64,000 nt of DNA, taken from contig CAVWPI010000006.1 of NCBI GenBank assembly GCA_963756895.1, forward strand, positions 178,572 through 242,571, read 5' to 3'. Source of the DNA: an uncultured Actinomycetes bacterium. GTDB lineage: Bacteria > Actinomycetota > Acidimicrobiia > IMCC26256 > DASPTH01. This document shows positions 55,390 through 63,059 of this stretch, one piece after another; positions within the stretch are counted from its first letter, which is position 1; each line of letters begins with the position of its first letter. The notes beneath the pieces were generated by a model that was given only the letters and a program-made list of their open reading frames with translations, made no database searches and was not told the DNA's origin. The translations under genes and the position numbers were made by a program.

Positions 55390-56871
55390 ATGTTGACCCT
55401 GTCCGAGGTGCTGCGCGATCGCGCCGAGCGCGACGACGACCGCGTGATGTTCGACTTCGCTGATCGCAGCTACACCTACCGTGACGTGCAGGCGCGCGCC
55501 GGCACGTGGCAACTGATCCTGTCGGACGCAGGCGCGCAACCCGGCGCGCGCATCGTGTTCCTGTCCGCGAACCGCCCCGAGTTCGTCTTCGCGCTGTACG
55601 GCGCGTTGGCGTTGGGCGCGTCAGTCGTGTTGTGCAGCCCGGCCTGGAAGGCCGGCGAGATCGCCCACGCGTGCGACGTGGTGACACCGCAACTCGCGGT
55701 CGCCGACCCCGCAGGGCGGGCGACGCTCTCGGAAGCCGCGCCGGAGCTCCCGACCCTCGCCCTCGAGGACCCACCGCTGCTGTCGGATCGCATCGGGGTC
55801 TGGCAGGTCGACGACGTCGACGCCGACGCAGTGCTCGTGTTCAGCTCGGGCACGACCGGCTTCCCGAAGGCGGTCCGTCACACCCACCGCTCCATGGGTC
55901 ACGGGGTCCAGCACTGGATCACCGCGCTCGGGCTCACCGAGACGGATCGCTTCCAGATCGCGACGCCGCCCGTGCACATCCTCGGCCTGCTCAACATCTT
56001 CACCGGAGTGGCCGCCGGGGCGCGCTTCCGGCTGCACCCGCGGTTCGACCTCGACGCGTCGCTGCGCACGGTCGAGGAGGAACAGCTCACGCTCGACCAG
56101 GCGGTCGCGCCGATCGCGCTCGGGCATGGCGAACCACGCGCGGCTGGAGGAGTTCGACCTCTCGTCACTGCGCTACGTGATGTGGGGCGCGACGCCGGTG
56201 GCCGAAGAGGTTGCGCACACGGTGACCCGCCGCTCCGGGCGTGCGCTGGCTCCCTGCCTACGGCACCAGCGAGGTGCCCGTGATCGCGTGCAACCCGGTG
56301 CAGGAGCCGGATCGCTGGCGTCTCGACACGGTCGGGTTGGCCGTGCCCGGCGTCGAGGTGCGCATCGTCGATCCCGAGCGCGGCAAGGTCGTGCCTGCCG
56401 GTGAGACCGGTGAGATCGAGGTGCTCAGCCCGTCGGCCATGGCCGGCTACCTCCCCGACTCGGAGACCGCCGGCGGCGTTCCGCGGCGGTTGGTACCGCA
56501 CCGGCGACATCGGCTGGCTCGAGCCCGAAGGATGGTTGCACATCACCGACCGGCTGAAGGAGATGGTGAAGGTGCGCGGCTTCCAGGTCGCGCCGGCTGA
56601 GATCGAAGCGGTGTTGCACGGCGACCCGCGCGTGCGTGACTGCGCGGTGTTCGGGGTGCCCGATCCCGAACTGGGCGAGGCGATCGTCGCCGCGGTCGTC
56701 CTGGTCGACGGCGAGCACGCCACCGGCGAGGAGCTGCAGGACGCGGTGGCGTCACGGCTCGCGGGGTACAAGCGGGTGCGTCACGTGGAGTTCGTCGACG
56801 AGATCCCACGGCTCCCCTCGGGCAAGGCCCTCCGCCGCGCCCTCAAGGAGCAGTGGCTGACCGCGCACTGA
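55390..56871 (+). pseudogene. Acyl-CoA synthetase (ANL family); 3 frame breaks (near 56105, 56235, 56480)
   Basis: MLTLSEVLRDRAERDDDRVMFDF...LVFSSGTTGFPKAVRHTHRS... / MANHARLEEFDLSSLRYVMWGATPVAEEVAHTV / ...LPAYGTSEVPVIACNPV...GETGEIEVLSPSAMAGYLPD / ...GWYRTGDIGWLEPEGWLHITDRLKEMVKVRGFQVAPAEIE...IPRLPSGKALRR... Confidence 0.8.
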
Positions 56872-56896
56872 TGCGGTGACTCCGATCGAGGTCGGG

Positions 56897-57145
56897 TCAG
56901 CTCGCCGACACGTCGGCGGGCAGCGCAGCGAAGTCCTTCTTCGCGGCCTTGTACCACTTCATGCCGGAGATCGGGCGCTTCCAACGACCCTTCATGTCGT
57001 CCAGCGCGGGTGCGTGCGCGGTGTCGCCGGCGGCGACCATGTCCTTCAGGTGCTGGTCCTGGGCCTTGATCACGTCGTCGGCCGACTCGCCGTGGTGGGC
57101 GTGGTCGCACGGTCCGCCGAGCTGCTTGCACGTCATGGTCTTCAT
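56897..57145 (-). CDS. DUF1059-family small metal-binding protein
   Basis: MKTMTCKQLGGPCDHAHHGESADDVIKAQDQHLKDMV... 82 aa, AGGAGGA upstream. Confidence 0.65.
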   Translation of the reverse strand: MKTMTCKQLGGPCDHAHHGESADDVIKAQDQHLKDMVAAGDTAHAPALDDMKGRWKRPISGMKWYKAAKKDFAALPADVSAS

Positions 57146-57194
57146 CGGTTCCTCCTGTCGTCGGTTCGTCCACTGGGAGTATATGGGAGCCTAG

Positions 57195-57223
57195 CTCTCA
57201 TTTCAAGAGTGATACTCTCATTT
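57195..57223. promoter_or_regulatory. Operator-like element: 9-bp direct repeat CTCTCATTT (x2) flanking the small palindrome AGAGT-gat-ACTCT
   Basis: ctctcatttcaagagtgatactctcattt, read directly. It ends 1 nt before the TetR GTG at 57225, in the 79-bp divergent DUF1059/tetR spacer. Confidence 0.4.
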
Positions 57224-57224
57224 T

Positions 57225-57830
57225 GTGGCGGAGCAGGCCCGAACCCGTCTGGCGCGGCGAGCGGTGACCGACGCCGCCCGGACCCTGTTCGTCGAACGGG
57301 GGTACGCCACGACGACCGTCGAGGCGATCAGCGCCCTCGCCGACGTGCCGCCCGCAACCCTCTACAGACTCTTCGCCTCCAAGCTCGGGATCCTGAAGGC
57401 GCTGCTCGACGAGTCGATCGCCGGTGACGACGCTCCCGTCGCGGTTGCTGCGCGACCCGAGGTCGCGCCGCTGTTCGACGAACCGGATCCGGCCCTGCTC
57501 CTCTCCGGGTTCGCCGGCGTGACGACCGCGATCAACGAGCGCACCAACATCCTGCATCGGGTGCTCGTCGGTGCGGCCGAGTCGGATCCGGCTGCGGCCG
57601 AGCTCCTGGCGGAGATCCGCGACCAGCGCGGCCGAGGGCAACGGCAGATCGTGCGCACGCTCGCCCGTCGCCAGGCCCTCCAACCAGGACTCACGGCGCG
57701 CGAGGCCGAGGATCGCGTCCACGTGCTCATGTCCCCCGAGGTGTACCGACTCCTCGTCGTCGACCGCGGCTGGTCGCCCGAGCGGTACCGCGCGTGGCTG
57801 GGCGCGACGCTCGCGCAGCAGCTCCTCTGA
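57225..57830 (+). CDS. TetR/AcrR family transcriptional regulator
   Basis: ...RRAVTDAARTLFVERGYATTTVEAISALADVPPATLYRLFASKLGILKALL... 201 aa, intact. Confidence 0.8.
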   Translation: MAEQARTRLARRAVTDAARTLFVERGYATTTVEAISALADVPPATLYRLFASKLGILKALLDESIAGDDAPVAVAARPEVAPLFDEPDPALLLSGFAGVTTAINERTNILHRVLVGAAESDPAAAELLAEIRDQRGRGQRQIVRTLARRQALQPGLTAREAEDRVHVLMSPEVYRLLVVDRGWSPERYRAWLGATLAQQLL

Positions 57831-57906
57831 TCCCCCCACCCTTGACGCCGCCGCGACGACGGGACACGCTCGGGCGACAACCGCCGACGAGCGAGTGGGG
57901 TGCGAG

Positions 57907-58221
57907 ATGTATGCAGCAATGGCGACCGTCTCCATCAGTGACTACGAGCAGGCCCGACGCGTGCTGCACGACGACGTGCTCCCCACCATCACCGACATCG
58001 CGGGCTTCGTCTCGGGCCATTGGTTCGCCCCCGTCGACGGCACCGGACTCGAGATCCTGATCTTCGAGACCGAGGAGGAGGCGCGAGCGATGGCGACGCA
58101 ACTGCCCGCGGGTCGACAGGTCAACGAGTTCGTGACCGTGCAGTCGGTGGAGATCCGCGAGGTCGCGGGGAGTGTCCACCAACTGGACGACGTCCCGCTG
58201 CAGATGACGCCCGAGTCGTAG
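57907..58221 (+). CDS. Small hypothetical protein (possibly ABM-like alpha/beta barrel)
   Basis: MYAAMATVSISDYEQARRVLHDDVLPTITDIAGFVSGHWFAPVDGTGLEILIFETEEEARAMA... The upstream part of ORF 57571-58221 overlaps the TetR gene and was excluded. Confidence 0.35.
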   Translation: MYAAMATVSISDYEQARRVLHDDVLPTITDIAGFVSGHWFAPVDGTGLEILIFETEEEARAMATQLPAGRQVNEFVTVQSVEIREVAGSVHQLDDVPLQMTPES

Positions 58222-58230
58222 CGGGCGCCC

Positions 58231-58461
58231 TCAGGACCGCGCGTCCCGCCGGTATTCGTCGAGCATCATCCGCATGTGGGCGATCGCGTCGTCACGGGTC
58301 GCCCAGGCGCCGTTCGCCGACGTTCCGTGGTGACCGTCCCAGCACCAGTGCACGTGCGGTCCGTCGAGCCGGGCGACGAGCTGCAGGTGGAGCTCATCCA
58401 TGGCCTGATGGATCACGTCGACGTCCGCGTTGTCAGTGCTGGCCATGTGCCGGGGCTCCAC
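58231..58461 (-). CDS. Small hypothetical protein, His/Trp-rich
   Basis: 76-aa ORF ...MASTDNADVDVIHQAMDELHLQLVARLDGPHVHWCWDGHHGTSANGAWATRDDAIAHMRMMLDEY... No recognisable family. Confidence 0.3.
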   Translation of the reverse strand: MEPRHMASTDNADVDVIHQAMDELHLQLVARLDGPHVHWCWDGHHGTSANGAWATRDDAIAHMRMMLDEYRRDARS

Positions 58462-58543
58462 CGCGGTTTCCTACCCGGCGATCCGGTGCCCTCACTCGGA
58501 CCAACATCGCAAGCGCGTGCGTGACGTATGCACCACGTTGGCG

Positions 58544-59070
58544 CTACGCAGCGAGCGCGCCTGAGCGGATCGACGTCATGACCGCGGTCGCCACGTCCTC
58601 GGGCGTTCCGCTCGCGTCGACGACGTGCCGCTCACGCGCACCGAGGGCCTGGAACCGGGCGTGGAGGTCGGCGAACCGCGTCACGCTCGGACTCCCACCG
58701 TCGCCGCGCCGTTCGCGCGAACGACGCAGATGGACAGCGGGGCGCGGAGCACGACGTAGTGGAACGTGACCTCCCGCTCGCGACACGCTGCGGCCAGGCC
58801 CTCGAGCACGTCCGGGAACACGGTCCCCTCCAGCAGGACGGTGTAGCCACCCGCGAGGAACTGCATGGCGGCCCCGACCGCCGCCCGCCCGACGACGTCG
58901 TTCTGATGGCTCGCGTCCGGACGCCACGGATCGACCCAGCCGCCGACGACGGACAACAGCAAGTCGTCCATGCGCAGGTGCGCACTCTGCTCGAGGTTCG
59001 CCGCGACGATCCCGCTGACCGTCGACTTCCCGACGCCCCCCGGACCGGTCACGACGATCAGGTCAGCCAT
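58544..59070 (-). pseudogene. P-loop NTPase/kinase (AAA_33 / small-molecule kinase-like); one frame break near 58720
   Basis: ATG 59070 with TGGAGG upstream. MADLIVVTGPGGVGKSTVSGIVAANL (Walker A)...GGYTVLLEGTVFP...FHYVVLRAPLSICVVRA / RERRGDGGSPSVTRFADLHARFQALGARERHVVDASGTPEDVA... Confidence 0.55.
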
Positions 59071-59158
59071 GCCTCCAGTCTGGCGCGCTCGCCACAGGCT
59101 GCGTCGACCGCGACTTCCCATCCGTCGAACGGTTTGGGTTCGTTCGTGAAGTCTCGGC

Positions 59159-59172
59159 GTGCGTCGACGCAC
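59159..59172. promoter_or_regulatory. Perfect 14-bp palindrome GTGCGTCGACGCAC (function unknown)
   Basis: Read directly, in the 191-bp gap between the ACAD stop (59262) and the kinase start (59070). Confidence 0.3.
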
Positions 59173-59187
59173 TCATGCATCGGTCTG

Positions 59188-59209
59188 CTTGTCAATCTAG
59201 ATCCACAAG
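59188..59209. promoter_or_regulatory. AT-rich imperfect palindrome CTTGTCAATCTAGATCCACAAG (18/22 symmetric; core ATCTAGAT)
   Basis: Read directly, in the same gap and ~120 nt upstream of the kinase ATG. CTTGT...ACAAG outer arms. Confidence 0.3.
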
Positions 59210-59261
59210 CGTCGGCGTGATTCCTGCTACCACTCCACGCGTCGCCAGCGCGGCACGACGG

Positions 59262-60395
59262 TCAGGCGGTCGGGAGGCCGAGGATCCTGGTGGCGATGAT
59301 GTTCTTCTGGATCTGCGCGGTGCCACCCATGACGCTCTGCGCGCGGCTGTAGAGGTACACCTTCAACCAGGTGTCCTCGGCGTCGAGGACCGGAGCGCTG
59401 TTGCCGACTGCCAGCGCGGCGTGCCCGACCGCCTGCTCGGTCGCCGTCATCAGCAACTTGTCGATCGAGCCGTCGAACCCGTGGGTGACCCCGTCGAGAC
59501 GCTCGGAGAGCCGACGCCGCACGTGCAGCCGCAACATCTCCGACTCGACGAACGCGCGCTCGAGCGTCGCCACCTGATCGGCGCCGTACGCAGACGCGTC
59601 GCGCTTCACCAGCGCCTCGAGCTGCTTCACCGACTTGCTGTAGCGCGCCACGTAGCCGAGCTCGGCCGGCTCACGTTCGTGGCTCACGACGGTCATCGCC
59701 AACGCCCAGCCTTCGCCCGGCTCGCCGATCATGTTGGCGGCCGGGACACGCGCGCCGTCGAACAGCACCTGCCCGAACTCGCTCGTGATGCCGTTGATCA
59801 TCTTCAGTGGCCGCTGTTCGATCCCGGGTTGACGCATCGGCACCGCGAACGCGGAGATGCCCTTGTGCTTCGGTGCGTCGGGCTCGGTGCGAGCGAGGAG
59901 CATGCACCAGTCGGCGACGTCGGAGTAGCTGGTCCAGACCTTGTGACCCTCGATGACGTACTCGTCGCCGTCGCGCACCGCGCGCGTGCGCAGCGACGCG
60001 AGGTCGGACCCGGCGTCCGGTTCGCTGAAGCCCTGGCACCAGCGGTCGCGGCCGCTGATCAGTGCCGGTAGGAACCGCTCGCAGATGTCGACACTGCCAT
60101 GACGGGTGATGCCCTGGATCAGGTAGCCGAGCCCGGGCTTGGGTGGCGCCCCCGCCGCCGCCAGCTCCTCGTCGACGATGACCTCGTAGACGGGCGGCAG
60201 CTCCTGGCCCCCGTAGCGCTTGGGCCACGTGAGCGCGAAGAACCCGCCGTCGAACAGCGCGCAGTGCCACTCGGCCTGCTTGGCCCAGTACTCGTCGTCG
60301 GTCGACGACGCCGGCAGGCCCGGGTTGTTTTCGACCAACCAGACGCGGAAGCGCGCCCGGAACTCGGCTTCCTGGGGCGAGTCATCGAAGTCCAT
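59262..60395 (-). CDS. Acyl-CoA dehydrogenase (second gene of a tandem ACAD pair)
   Basis: ATG 60395 with GAGGAGAG upstream. MDFDDSPQEAEFRARFRVWLVEN...CQGFSEPDAGSDLASLRTRAVRDGDEYVIEGHKVWTSY...YSRAQSVMGGTAQIQKNIIA... 377 aa, intact. Confidence 0.85.
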   Translation of the reverse strand: MDFDDSPQEAEFRARFRVWLVENNPGLPASSTDDEYWAKQAEWHCALFDGGFFALTWPKRYGGQELPPVYEVIVDEELAAAGAPPKPGLGYLIQGITRHGSVDICERFLPALISGRDRWCQGFSEPDAGSDLASLRTRAVRDGDEYVIEGHKVWTSYSDVADWCMLLARTEPDAPKHKGISAFAVPMRQPGIEQRPLKMINGITSEFGQVLFDGARVPAANMIGEPGEGWALAMTVVSHEREPAELGYVARYSKSVKQLEALVKRDASAYGADQVATLERAFVESEMLRLHVRRRLSERLDGVTHGFDGSIDKLLMTATEQAVGHAALAVGNSAPVLDAEDTWLKVYLYSRAQSVMGGTAQIQKNIIATRILGLPTA

Positions 60396-61440
60396 CGCCG
60401 GCTCTCCTCTCGTCCCCCAGGCGCCCATGCCCCAACCGCTGATGCGCGAGTGCGCGCAGGTGGTGTCCCTCGTCGCCGAGGAGCGCGCTCGACAACAGCG
60501 CGCGGCGTAGATACACGTGCACGAAGCACTCCCAGGTGTTGCCGATCCCGCCGTGCACCTGGATCGCGGTCTCGCAGACGGTGCGTGCGGCCTTCGCGCA
60601 ATATGCCTTCGCGACGGAGCCCGCCTCCAAGGCGTCGGCGACGGGCAATGAGTCGACCCCCCACGCCGCGTACTGCGCCACGCTGATCGAACCCTCGACC
60701 AGCACCTGCGCTTCGGCGAGCAGGTGCTGCACCGCCTGGAACGTACCGATGGGCACGCCGTACTGCTGGCGCTCCTTGGCGTACTCGGTGGTGGTGGCGA
60801 GCGCCCCCTCCATCGCGCCCAGGAGGTCGGCGATGGTGATGGTGAGCGCGAGCGCACGCGAGCGCGCGATCGCCTCCTCCCCCACCGCGGCGCCGTCACC
60901 GTCCGGTGCGACGTCGTCGAGCGTCACCGCCGCGACCGCGCGCGTGAGGTCGGTTGCGGGCGCGGGATCGGGCATCGCCACTTCCACCACGTGGACGGCA
61001 CCCGGCGCCCCGTCGGCGACGAGCGCGAGCGCCCGGGTCGATCCCGCGCAGTCGATGGCGACACCGTCGGTGACATCCGGCGCGATGGCGAAGTCGAGCA
61101 GCGAGCGGTCGAACACCGCGCTCGTCGCCGCGTCCTCGACCGCGAGGCCCGCATGTCGCGCGAGGTCGACCGCCACCACCGGTCCCAGGTACGCGGTGTC
61201 GGCGGCGCCCCGACCGAGCTCGCGGGCGATGATGGCGACCTCCACTCCCGACGCGAGCGGACCGTCACCCTCGCCGCGCCCGCGCAGCTCGTACCACCCC
61301 GAACGCCGCGCCGCATCGGCCAGGCGGTCGCGACGGCTCGCGTCGTCGAGATCGTCGACCGTCTTCGGTCCGAGGTCGGCGACCAGCGAGGCGGCGCTGC
61401 GCTGCAGCTCGACCTGCTCGTCGGAGTACCGGGTGTCCAT
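60382..61440 (-). CDS. Acyl-CoA dehydrogenase-like protein (first gene of the pair; divergent, beta-subunit-like)
   Basis: MDTRYSDEQVELQRSAASLVADLG...TTEYAKERQQYGVPIGTFQAVQHLLAE...AIQVHGGIGNTWECFVHVYLRRA... 352 aa. The N-terminal and middle domains look degenerate. Overlaps the next ACAD start by 14 nt. Confidence 0.7.
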   Translation of the reverse strand: MDTRYSDEQVELQRSAASLVADLGPKTVDDLDDASRRDRLADAARRSGWYELRGRGEGDGPLASGVEVAIIARELGRGAADTAYLGPVVAVDLARHAGLAVEDAATSAVFDRSLLDFAIAPDVTDGVAIDCAGSTRALALVADGAPGAVHVVEVAMPDPAPATDLTRAVAAVTLDDVAPDGDGAAVGEEAIARSRALALTITIADLLGAMEGALATTTEYAKERQQYGVPIGTFQAVQHLLAEAQVLVEGSISVAQYAAWGVDSLPVADALEAGSVAKAYCAKAARTVCETAIQVHGGIGNTWECFVHVYLRRALLSSALLGDEGHHLRALAHQRLGHGRLGDERRAGDGLR

Positions 61441-61442
61441 CG

Positions 61443-63059
61443 CTACGCCTTCTCCGTCGCTGCCTGCCGCGCTGCGGCGCGTGCGCGCAACGTCTCCTTC
61501 TCGACCTTGCCCGCCGCGTTCACCGGCAGCTCGTCGACGAGCTCCACCGCGCGGGGCACCTTGTAGTTCGCCATCGCGTCGCGTGACCAGGCGATGAGCT
61601 CGTCGGGCGCGAGGACCGCGCCCGACGCGACCACGACGAACGCCATGCCCACCTCACCCATACGGGGGTCGGGCATGCCGACGACGGCCGCACGTGCGAC
61701 CGCAGGGTGACCGAGCAGCAGGTTCTCGATCTCCGCCGGGTACGCGTTGAATCCACCGACGATGAACATGTCCTTGATGCGCCCGACGATGCGCAGGCAC
61801 CCGCGCTCGTCGACGGTGGCGAGATCGCCGGTGTGCAACCATCGGTCACCGTCGATCGTGGCCGCGGTCGCGTCGGGATCGTCGAGGTAACCGCGCATGA
61901 CGCTGTAGCCCCGCACCAGCAGCTCGCCCGCATCCCCGACCGGGAGCTCGGTCCCGCCTTCGTCCACCACGCGCATCTCGAGTCCCGGCCGTACGCGCCC
62001 GACCGTGGTGGCGATGGTCTCGAAGTCGTCGTGGGGACCGGTCGCGGTCACCGTGCCCGCCTCGGTGAGCCCGTACCCGGTGACGATCAGGCGGAAGGGC
62101 AGCTCCTCGTGCATCCGCCGGATGAGCTCGACCGGGATGTCGGCCGCGCCGGTGACCGCCAGTCGCAGCGACGACAGGTCGTACCGATCGCGGTCGGGAT
62201 GGTCGAGGATCGACTGGTACACGGTGGGCGGCCCCGGGAACACGGTCACCGACTCCTCGGCCACCGTGCGCAGGAGATCGTTGACCTCGAACACCGGCTT
62301 GGGGATGATGGTGGCGCCGCGCATGAGCGACGCGAGGCACCCGGCCTTGTACCCGAACATGTGGAAGAACGGGTTGACGATCATGTACGTGTCGCCCTCG
62401 ACCAGCCCGGCCATGTCGCACCAGTCGGAGAACTGGCGCAGCGTCTGCGCGTGCGTCATGAGCACGCCCTTCGGCGCGCCGGTCGTGCCCGAGGTGAACA
62501 GCACGTCGCTGACCTCGTCACCGCCGACCCCACGAATGCGGGCGTCGACGATCGCGTCGTCGGCCTCGTCGCCGGTCGCCTGGAACTCGCCCAAGGACCG
62601 GTCGGCCCCGGTGCCGTCGTCGAAGCCCACGACCGTCACGAGCTGCGGCAGCTCGGATCGGAGTCCCACCAGCGTCGCCGCATAGTCGACGCCCAGGAAC
62701 TCGCCGACGGTGAACGCGACACGCGCGCCGCTGCGGTCGAGGATGTAGCGCACCTCTTCGCCCTTGAACCGCGTGTTCACCGGGACGACCGCGCCGCCGG
62801 CACCCAGGATGCCGAGGGCGGCCACCAGCCACTCGTACCGGTTGGGTGACCACACCGCGGCCCGCTCGCCGGGCTCGAGCCCGGCGACGATCAGTGCGGC
62901 CGTCACCCGACGGGCGTCGGCGACCAATTCGTCGAACGAGATGCGTCGACCGCGGTCGACGACCGCGTCGGCCTCACCGAAGCGCGCCGCGGCGTCGAGA
63001 GCCATCGCCGGGATCGACGGCCAGAGCAGATCACCTCGTGTGGGACCGGCACCGCTCAC
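61443..63059 (-). CDS. Acyl-CoA synthetase (ANL family)
   Basis: GTG 63059 overlaps the upstream stop (GTGA). Intact 538 aa: VLFTSGTTGAPKGVLMTH, TGYGLTEAG, WLHTGDLATVDERGCLRIVGRIKDMFIVGGFNAYPAEIE, NAAGKVEK. Confidence 0.85.
   Translation of the reverse strand: MSGAGPTRGDLLWPSIPAMALDAAARFGEADAVVDRGRRISFDELVADARRVTAALIVAGLEPGERAAVWSPNRYEWLVAALGILGAGGAVVPVNTRFKGEEVRYILDRSGARVAFTVGEFLGVDYAATLVGLRSELPQLVTVVGFDDGTGADRSLGEFQATGDEADDAIVDARIRGVGGDEVSDVLFTSGTTGAPKGVLMTHAQTLRQFSDWCDMAGLVEGDTYMIVNPFFHMFGYKAGCLASLMRGATIIPKPVFEVNDLLRTVAEESVTVFPGPPTVYQSILDHPDRDRYDLSSLRLAVTGAADIPVELIRRMHEELPFRLIVTGYGLTEAGTVTATGPHDDFETIATTVGRVRPGLEMRVVDEGGTELPVGDAGELLVRGYSVMRGYLDDPDATAATIDGDRWLHTGDLATVDERGCLRIVGRIKDMFIVGGFNAYPAEIENLLLGHPAVARAAVVGMPDPRMGEVGMAFVVVASGAVLAPDELIAWSRDAMANYKVPRAVELVDELPVNAAGKVEKETLRARAAARQAATEKA

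Noticed and set aside
58462-58543. TGACGTA-containing partial palindrome (cgtgcgtgacgtatgcaccacg) as a regulator site.
   Set aside because: Symmetry is poor (only 4-bp outer arms match), which is indistinguishable from chance.
43994-63059. Calling the region a complete cholesterol/steroid degradation cluster.
   Set aside because: Side-chain-type functions are present (P450, FadD, Ltp thiolase plus DUF35, paired ACADs, crotonases). Hallmark ring-degradation genes (KshA/KshB, KstD, HsaA-D, IpdAB) are not visible in this window, so only a generic sterol or branched-lipid-like label is justified.
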